A stretch of 63,363 bases of DNA, the filler included, from Streblomastix strix (Eukaryota), in NCBI GenBank assembly GCA_008636045.1. It is 2 parts of 2 records of this genome, joined end to end, with 100 filler letters (N's around TTAATTAATTAA, not from the genome) between each part and the next. Parts side by side here need not be neighbours in the genome. Positions count along the whole stretch, not along the records: positions 31,777 to 63,363 come from SNRW01000080.1; 1 more part is not named here. One strand, 5' to 3'. The notes under the pieces were generated by a model, which saw nothing but the letters and a program-made list of their open reading frames with translations, was not told the origin of the DNA and made no database searches. Below are positions 54,121 to 63,363 of the stretch, piece by piece. The position numbers were made by a program, and so were the translations under genes. Within the stretch, counting starts at the first letter, position 1. Each line of letters starts with the position of its first letter.

Positions 54121-55062
54121 AAATTAGATAAAAATAATAATTGTGAATTATGTTGATATTATGCATATTGATATTTATTTTAAACAGACAAACTAATATA
54201 TGATTACATTACTCAGCTAGAAAAATAACAACATTAAGATTATTAACAAAAGAATAAGAAAATCTAAAAATTTGATATAGAACTAAAGAAAAATATGCAT
54301 CAACGATTTAATTTCTTTTGTTATTCGCGAATCGAAACTGTAAATTTTTGTTAATTTATTTTCATTTGTATTTGTATTTGCAAACTCATATAAGAAGTAT
54401 TGAAAATTTATATACAATGTATTAATATTATTATTATTATTATTATAATTTTTAAAAAATTAATATAATTTGTTTAATTTTGAATAAATTTTATTTACAG
54501 TAATTAAAATTATAATAATAATTCATTTCAACTTATGAAAAATAATAATTTAATAAATTTAAGAATTAGAATTTTAAAATTTCAAATAATATTAAATATT
54601 AAGATTTGAAAATGTTTAGCAAATATGATATATTCTACAAATTTATCAAAATAATTATAACTAAACGTAATAATTTAAGAGATTATATGAATAATTGGAA
54701 CAAAAAAAATTTTTTTTAAAAGAATGAATTTTATAGTATATATTTTATTGAAAGAAGTGAATATTTACTTAGAATAATTGAATTATATTACATTTTTAAA
54801 ACAAATTAATTGATATATAGTAATGTTGATCATAAAAATTATAATAATAATGATAAGTGACATTCAAATTTGCAATGATTTATCTTCTGTGATAAAAATG
54901 TGAATAAATATAGTTAATAAGATCAACTTATTAATTTATCTTTAATATAGTTCAATAAATCATAAATTGTACCAATGTAAATTTTTTTATTTTTAACATT
55001 TAAAATTCTTTGAAAATAGTTATTATCTATTCATGTTTCCAAACGTAATACTTGTTGCAATT

Positions 55063-56053
55063 TAGTGTTGGATAAAAGCGCTTTTCAGAACGCTGAACGC
55101 GCGCTGCGTAAAATTAAAAGCTCTCTAATTAAAATTTTCCAACCAATAATTAGTTAAAAAAATCTGAAATTTTGTTCGGTCAAAAAAACAAATGTTTTAT
55201 TATTTGAGTTAATAATACTTATCAATTAGACAAATTATAAATTTTATTCTTAAACAGCTTCGTAATTTTTGATTATTAGTCCTAATTATTAGTATTTTTA
55301 AAAGAAAAGTAGATTTTTCGAACTCAATTTATTCCACTCTTACAAATGTATTTAGAGTCATTATTGACAAATACAATAGAAATTATCTTTGTAATTGATA
55401 AATCGATACCAAATTTAAAAAATATTTAATTTTCATCGAGAATTTAATGCCCCGCGCTTTACAGCGCTTTTTGCAGCATTTATAAGCGTTATTTTCAGCA
55501 CTTTTAAGCGCCATTTAGATTTTTCAGTAATAAAGGGAGTATTTATTTTCGTATATGTAAATATTTGTAAATTTTGTGAATATTAAATAAAAATATAGGT
55601 GATTGACGAATTGTAATCCTTTGGATATTGAAAAAAAATGATATAAATTGAAATTTTTTTTAAAAAAAAGGTGCGTTTGTGCTATCTTTTCTTGGATAAA
55701 ATGTATCAAATATTAATTTATGTTTTGTTTAATTAGATATAACTTTCATAGCACAATTACTGAAATTATTTGTATTAATTATTGACAGTCGCTGAGAATC
55801 AAATGAAAATTGCAAAAAATAATTTTTAATGAATTCTATATAAGCCAAGTTTTAATTTTAATTAATATTCAATTTAATTCTTCAGAAAAATATATTTCTT
55901 TAAATTTTCATTTTAATTCATGATAATTAATACCAATCAACACAAAAATGATATTAAAAATTTAATTTCATGAATTTAAGGAGTTTTAAAATTTTTTTTA
56001 ATACGCTGAGACGCGCGCAGCAAATTATTTTACAGCATTTTAAGCCAACACTA
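55063..56053. mobile_element. Non-autonomous hAT-type DNA transposon (991 bp)
   Basis: Termini TAGTGTTGG...CCAACACTA, perfect 8 bp TSD TTGCAATT (55055-55062, 56054-56061), GC-rich subterminal motifs (acgcgcgc) at both ends. Confidence 0.9.
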
Positions 56054-56642
56054 TTGCAATTTTTAATCATTACTTTTATGAGCTTATAAAACAATTAATG
56101 AGATAATCTAGGCAAAAAATTCGGAAACTACCTCGCCATTCAGCAGTTAGTAGATATCACTAATTTTCTAAATTTATGATTTATTATGTTCCATACTATC
56201 TAAATTGTATCATATACATGCTTTATAACAACTTTTGATTGCTTAAAATGAGATTCAATTTAATTTCAATTTTTCAACAATATTTTTATCATTTAGAATA
56301 AAACATAATTTAAATTGTACTCAAATCGCAGAATCAATTAACTGGATAATTTAAATTAATATCGTCATAACTGTTGCGATCTCTAATTACAAAAATAAAT
56401 TTTTTTTACACTAATTTGAGTATAATGCACGATCCAAAAAATTTTCAAATCAATTTAAATTTTCAGTAAGCTTCACTATGAAACACAGACTAAAATTAGT
56501 TTATGAACAGCTTATAATACTTATGTACATGCTTTAACCGCCAAATTAAAATAAAATCAATATATCAACTTATATTTCCTTGAATTTTTATTTATTAAGT
56601 AATAATTTTACCTTTTAAATTAAAATACGCAAAATTTAGGAT

Positions 56643-59600
56643 ATGACTTCGCCACAGTAAGCACGAGTTCCGTTCAAACCCGGTGATGTAATCAAAGATC
56701 GATACACCCTGCTTCGGTAGATCGGCGCAGGTACTTATGGGGCAATTTTCGCCGCTGTGTATAGAGGCAACGCAGTTTCGCGACTTGCTGCTATTAAGCT
56801 TGAAAAGGAGACCCAGAAATACACACTTTAATACAACGAAGTAAATGTCATGAAAGCTTTGGCTGGTAGTTCTCATTTTGCAAAGTTCTTTCGGTGTGGG
56901 ACTCATGATGGATTCAAGTTTGTCTGCATGGAACTGTTGGGGCCATCATTAATGTGTGAATTTGTCTAATAAAATACATAATAATTAATATTTTATATCA
57001 TATTTATCATTCAGATAATTAGTGAATCGAAATCGACCTTATTCGTTGACATTGTTTCAACTTCTGAAAACTGGCATTTAAGCAATAAAAATACTCCAGG
57101 AATTGCATCGAGCTGGATTTATTCATAGAGATGTAAAACCAGTTTGTTATTTTTATTCACATTTGATTTTATTATATTTATATTTATTTTATAGGAAAAC
57201 TTTGTGATTGGTAATACTAAGAATACATCAGGTACTTTATATCTGATTGACTTTGGGTTATGCAAACCGATTCTTATGGAAGATGGAAAGATTGTGAGAG
57301 TATGAATACATTATAATATCCTTTAAATATTAGTAATTATTATATCATTTATTTTTATTATTTATTATTTCATTTTCTTTTTCTTATAATATTTAATTTT
57401 CTTATAATATTTTTAATTTCTATATATATTATAGCCTGCAAACCAAGGAAATCTTAGAGGTACTTTGAGATATGCATCACCTAATGGTCACAAATTGGTT
57501 GAATTAGGAAGACATGATGATTTGATAAGCCTTTTATATATGATGGTTGATTGTTATATGAGAAAACTGCCTTGGTCAAACACTGAGAATCCAGTTTGTC
57601 TATTAATGAATATAATAAAATAATTAATTTTCATTATATACTATTTATTAATGAATTACATTGTTTATTAATAATTTTATTAATGAATTACATTGTTTAT
57701 TAATAATTTTATTATTATTTAATCTTCAGGACAATATTCTCCAATTGAAAGAACAAAGCCGTGGAGGTATCTTATTGTAGAATATGCCACCAGAGTTCCA
57801 AGAATTTGAGAACCACATCTTCTCACTCAATTATGAAGACGAACCCAATTATAAGAAGCTGATTGGATTATTGTCCTTAGTTGGATACAACAACAGATTT
57901 GATTTGAATAACTGGCCATTTGAATGGGAAGAGGAATTGAATTAATAAAGATCAATTGTACATCAACGTTAATTAAATGGAAAATCTGAATTCAAATTAA
58001 TTGAAAATTAAGATTAATAAATAAATATGAATATGAATACAATTAATGAGGAATAATAGCAAAATCAGAGATAAATACAACCTATTGAAAATATAACAAT
58101 CCAAGATTAATATAACTTTGAATTAACGAATTTGAGTTTGATATCAGAAATAACAATGAAGAATATGAATATAATGAAATAAAAATAAAAATAAAATATT
58201 CCGAAACAGAAACAAGATTTAATTTAGAAGATCCCGATTGAATAAATTCATTTACCATAGAATTAATTATAAATTAAATAAAATAATGAATAATTATGGA
58301 AATAGAAAGATCTTTAGCTTTAATAAATTCAATAATAAAAAATTAAATAATAACAGAATTCAAATATTGATACAATATTGCAAATTGCCAAATAACCTGA
58401 ATAACCAGAATAATAATAACATCAATTAATAATTAATAAGTAATAATCGCAAAATGAATAAAAAATAGAATAAGATCAAAATGAACAAAAAGAAGAATAG
58501 TAATAATCTAAAGAATAATAGTTTATACATTCTTAATATAAAGACAATCTATAAATTAAACGTCCAATTCCCCACATTGAAAACTATTCTCCTTTTTCCA
58601 TATATGAACCAAACAATATATCTTCAAATAATAACTAGAATTCAACAACAGATTAAGAATAAAATATTGTAATATAAGAATCTGGAATTAAAGAAACATC
58701 TTTTGAGTCTCATAAATAGAACTAAATCTAGAATTATATATTGAAATCAATTTCATAAATATAAATTTCTAAACCAATAATTGAATAAGAGTAATAAATT
58801 ATTGCTAGTGATAATAAAGTTGATTAACATCATAAAAGTGAAAGTCTTTAAGTTCTCAATTCAAAATAATCAGATATGCCAACAGACAATAATAATCCAT
58901 CTCATTATCGATCATTTACATAAACACAATTTGATGCATAAGAATAAACCATAAATTTAAATGATAAAAATAAATAATAAGATTCAACAACAAATTAAAG
59001 ATAAATATCGCCCAAATAATAAAAATAATCTCCAAAATCATCCCTTATCATTGTATAATACGAATAAATCCCAACTGAAGAATAATAACTGATGTTAAAA
59101 CCTGCAAATCCAGTATCATAATATTCTACTAATTCAACACAATCGCAAAATTTCTCAAATTATTATAAAACGTAAGAATCTTCATAAATATTATCAACAA
59201 AATCATCTCAAAAGTCTTCACAAGCATTTCTTACAACTTTTAATTCATTAAATGAATTGAATCAATTATCACCAACAGCTTAACAGTAGCATAGCCCTAT
59301 AGTTGATTAGAAATAAAAAGAATATAATGAAATAAATTAATAATAATAAAATAATAATTTATTTTAGAAATTTGGTTAAAGCAGCGAACAAACTCATATT
59401 CTAAATAAACCAAGCATTAATAGCATTAAAAGATCTTAATCCAACAATGATATGTAATCTTTAAAACTGAATGGTCAGAAAACAACAGTTTTATCTCCTC
59501 CTAAAAGATTTCTATTATTTGATTCAAACTTGTAACCAAAACCGCTTTAAGTAAAAATTCATGAAAGTCTCAGTAAATAATAAAGTCCAAAATTACGAGT

Positions 59601-60954
59601 AACTTCACCATCAGGAAGTCAGAAATCAGATTTGAGTATTGTTATTAATTCTCCTTTCAGTACTAAATCATCTCAGAGAAGTACAATGTCTCCAGTATCT
59701 GTAGGTCCATAAGCAGCATCTACATTCAAAAATATATCTCCTCTAACTACTGATAATGTTTCTAACTAAAATAAAGAGCAGAATGTAACATTCTTTGATC
59801 CAGCATAAGAATAACAATAAGATAATGAAAAGAATAATAATACCTAAGTACTTAAAGATAAAGAAATAATAACCAAACAATAAGAAGATATTAATTAATA
59901 ATAATAATAATTTGATGATATTTCTATTGAGAAATAAAAGAAAAATTAATAAAAATTAATAATTCAATATGTTACTCCATAACCATAAAACGAATAAAAT
60001 AAGCCATCTAATTAAAAATCAGCTCATTTTCCATATTTATTTCAACCTCCATTTCTTTCATCTGTACATCCACCAAAATCACCAACGAATTTTACTCAAT
60101 AATCATCTGATAATGCATTTTAGAGTCTTTCAAATTCAATTTAAAATTCAAATGTTTTTGTATCATAGGAGGATTTGCAATAACCTATATTTAATCATTT
60201 GGGACTTGGACCAATTATGTACCATAGTAGTGATAATTTAGATCGTTATGCTGATGAAGATCTTTTTATTCGTAATAATAGTCCTTCTTCAAACATTCTT
60301 AGACAACAAGATTCAAAATTGTAATTTGAAGAGCCTCAAATATTAGTAATATCTGGTACATAAGATTCAAGCTCTTCAGAACATTCATCATGTGAATCGT
60401 CAAATGACATTAAACCAATCTTTTAAATTGGTCATAAACATCCAATTAAAGAGCATTATCGTAGTTATTCTTTAGTTGTCATGCCAAATCAGAAATATCA
60501 ATAAAAACAATCTCAACTCAATATAATTGAATATAAATAACATTCAAATGTCGAATAATAATAATTATAATAATAATAATTATAATAATAATAATTATAA
60601 TAATAATTATTATAATAATAATATTAATAATTGAATAATGAAGGATTGAGGAAAGGTTTAAAATCAATAGAAGGATCATCTAAATTAGAGAAAGATATAT
60701 AAATTATTGGTAAGGTTTAATTACTTAATAATTAATCAGATTCAGTATTTACATCTGCCTCTAAAACAAGTTAGAATGAAATAAGTAACCAAAATATTCT
60801 CCAAACTTCTAATTCTGAATAATCTGGATAGTCTGATAAAAATTAATAAATAGAAAAAGAATAGAATAATAAAGATGAATAAGTTGATGAATAAATAAAA
60901 CCGAGCTAAGATTCAAATCACTTCAAAGATTCCGATTATGATTCCAAATAATGA
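56643..60954 (+). CDS. Casein kinase 1 / tau-tubulin kinase family protein with long Q-rich C-terminal tail (5 exons)
   Basis: IGAGTYG, AAIKLE, MELLGPSL, FIHRDVKP|ENF, LIDFGL, RGTLRYAS, GRHDDL, LPW; TGA at 60952. Confidence 0.93.
57645..57712. repeat. ~33 bp tandem duplication in a kinase intron
   Basis: tttattaatgaattacattgtttattaataatt twice. Confidence 0.85.
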
Positions 60955-62829
60955 AAATGGAGCATTTAATGATGAGAAACAAATATTAGCTACTTTAATA
61001 TTTATTAATTTATTATTTTTGAAAAAATTTTGGGATAAAAATGACTTATTTTTATTTTGTTTTATAAATATTTTTATTTTTTGCCATAAAATTAATTTGT
61101 ATTTTTTTATAACTTTATGCATATAATGGTTGTTATAAATTATTAATTTTACTGCAATATTACTATTTCTTATAATCATTATATCATTAGCACCTCAATT
61201 TAACACTCTAATAAGCACCTTTATTAATTTTCTTAATTAATCGTTCATATTTTATTTTATTTTCACTATATGAATTATTCAATTAAGAATATAATATGAT
61301 AAAAAACCATTTAACTTTTATATTTTAAATGATAAATTTTTTTTAATAAAATTTTAAACTTTATTTGATTGCTATTAAATATTGATTTTCTTATTAAATT
61401 TTGAAAATTTTCATTTCAATAATTAGCCATTTTTTTTAATTATGACTTCAATTTTTAGTCATTTCTTAATGTTTTGTTTGTCAAAAATCAACTAATCTTA
61501 ATTTACATCTTTCTACTTTTTATTATTCCTTTTTTATTATCCGGTTTTATTATTATCTTGTGTTTAAATTCATCGTATTTATGCTGAATACAATGTTTAT
61601 TTTGCATTTTAGATGTTTATTTAATTTGAGCATAAATTAATAAAAATGAAAAATAATAACAATTAAACAGTTTCAGTTCAATTTTAATTTAACTGATTGT
61701 AAATGACATGTTTGACTTTGTTTTCATGAGCTCTGATATCATCATAAAATCCATAATTGAATAAAAAAGCTTCAATTTCCCCACTTCCAAATTCTTATTC
61801 AATTTATTCCAATGACAACTTAATTAGATTTGTAGGCAGCGTTCCCTCTAGCCTTTGGACTTGTTGCAATTTGCAACAAGTCAAAAAAGAATTAATTTGA
61901 ATGTGCATCAAGTCATTTTGAAAAATGAAAGAAAAAATATATATTAAGATAAAAAAAAAAAATTTTTGTTCGGCCCTACCGTCCTCGCAAAAAAATATTA
62001 ATCATTTATTATATCTATAAAATTTTTCACATTGCCCTTCTGGCCTCGCTATATCTTATCATTTACAAATTAACTTATTTTAATTATTAACAGGTAATGC
62101 ATCAGGCTAAACTTCAATGCATTGAGTCACTCGATGCAAAAGGGAACATTGCATGTAAGTGATGGATAATAAATAATATAGGGATAGTGGGTGAGCACCC
62201 GTTTTTTTTTATTTTATATCGGGATTATTGAAATTCATTTTTAGTAAGTAGATATTAATATTATAGCGCGATATTTCTATATTTGGATCAAGCAAGAATT
62301 TTTTGGAAATTATTTTCTTTATGAAACTTTAATTAAAAGATTTCATTTAAGAATTATTTTAAAAATAATTAATTATTTTTTGATTTCATATTTTAAAATT
62401 TGATTATAAAAATTTATTATTTTTGATTTCTCGATTTTTTTTTAAATTTTTTGCAAATATTTCGAAAATTCTCCAGACGATCAAAATTTCAAAAAATCAC
62501 GTTTTTCGATCCTTACTAATCTATATCAACTTGACTTTGAAAATATGATTTTTTCTGCAATTTTTGAAAAATATGTTTAGAAAAGATCTGATGGTTGCCA
62601 ATTTTTGAACCGATGTCTGCAAATTTTTAATGCTTGACACAAACTTTTGAGCTAAAACAGCTAATTTTCTCTATAATTAATATGCGTTTTGAATCAAAAT
62701 TGGAATGCTAATTCTAAATCGAAATCATTTATTTCAATAAATTCTACCTCCAAACCATCATAATTTTCGTATTTTAAAAAGTTTATTTAAATATTTTTTA
62801 TTTTTCGTTTAATCATTTTAGTTTGGAAT

Positions 62830-63343
62830 TAATTTTATCGATTTAATTGAATTTAGTTTCATTCCTTTGAAACTTAAATCATCAAACATAATAGAATCTA
62901 TGTTTTATTGATATCCAGCAAAAAATAACATTACTTTCAACAGTTATCCGGAATGTTCATCATAGAATTTTGTAAATCTTTCTTAATGAGATTAATTATG
63001 TTAACATATGATTTAAATAACCTTTTCATGCAAGTCTTGCAAATAATTTCGCATAATATTAATGTTGCTTAATGTTTTTTAGATGGTTTTTTTTAATCTT
63101 CTTGCATGTTCGTACATAAGATCATGATATAAATCGATTAAGTTTTTTTTCTGTAAAGTTCGGTATCTTTGCATTTTCGATTAATTTTCGAATTGTCTCC
63201 AATTTTCCTTTGATATTCATAATATCGGATATAATATTTACTGTTTGAGTAAGCAAACTAAGTTTGTATGAAATAAATTCATGATCAAATATGTTGTAAT
63301 TATCTTTTTTATCTTCTTTTGGTGTTATATTATTAAATTCCAT
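62830..63343 (-). pseudogene. Decayed hypothetical ORF
   Basis: ATG at 63343; coding-like sequence continues past an in-frame TGA at 63122; no motif recognised. Confidence 0.3.
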
Positions 63344-63363
63344 TTTATATTTTTGGGGTGACT

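Noticed and set aside
61690..61890. Minus-strand fragment 'LEQIEQEFGSGEIEAFLFNYG' resembling the C-terminus of a helical-repeat family
   Set aside because: Short and broken, with no upstream gene structure identified.

Overview
Very AT-rich eukaryotic DNA with short GT-AG introns, read with the ciliate-type nuclear code (TAA/TAG = Gln, TGA = stop). The standard-code ORF track is therefore mostly fragments or shadows. Code and gene families suggest an oxymonad such as Streblomastix (inference). An artificial N44-TTAATTAATTAA-N44 linker at 31677-31776 joins two contigs. Host genes: HMG-CoA synthase, RPS27, a 3'-truncated RPSA, two C-terminal SPRY-like proteins, a coiled-coil protein, a Cys-rich membrane protein fragment, a CCDC24-like Q/N-rich protein, a PHO80-type cyclin and a CK1/TTBK kinase. 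Mobile DNA: a decayed DIRS retrotransposon, several MITE/foldback elements and two decayed Polinton/virus-like clusters. The most notable signal is at 22.3-31.7 kb. Polinton-type genes (RVE integrase, A32-like packaging ATPase, AEP primase-polymerase) lie in separate short modules. Two ~2 kb modules are each bracketed by an inverted pair of a conserved TGGCCAACTGGACAACTGGCCA box, and modules are preceded by AGTAGT termini, three of them with a ~270-330 bp hairpin. This suggests a segmented Polinton-like element. All translations were done by eye, and boundaries of decayed ORFs are approximate.
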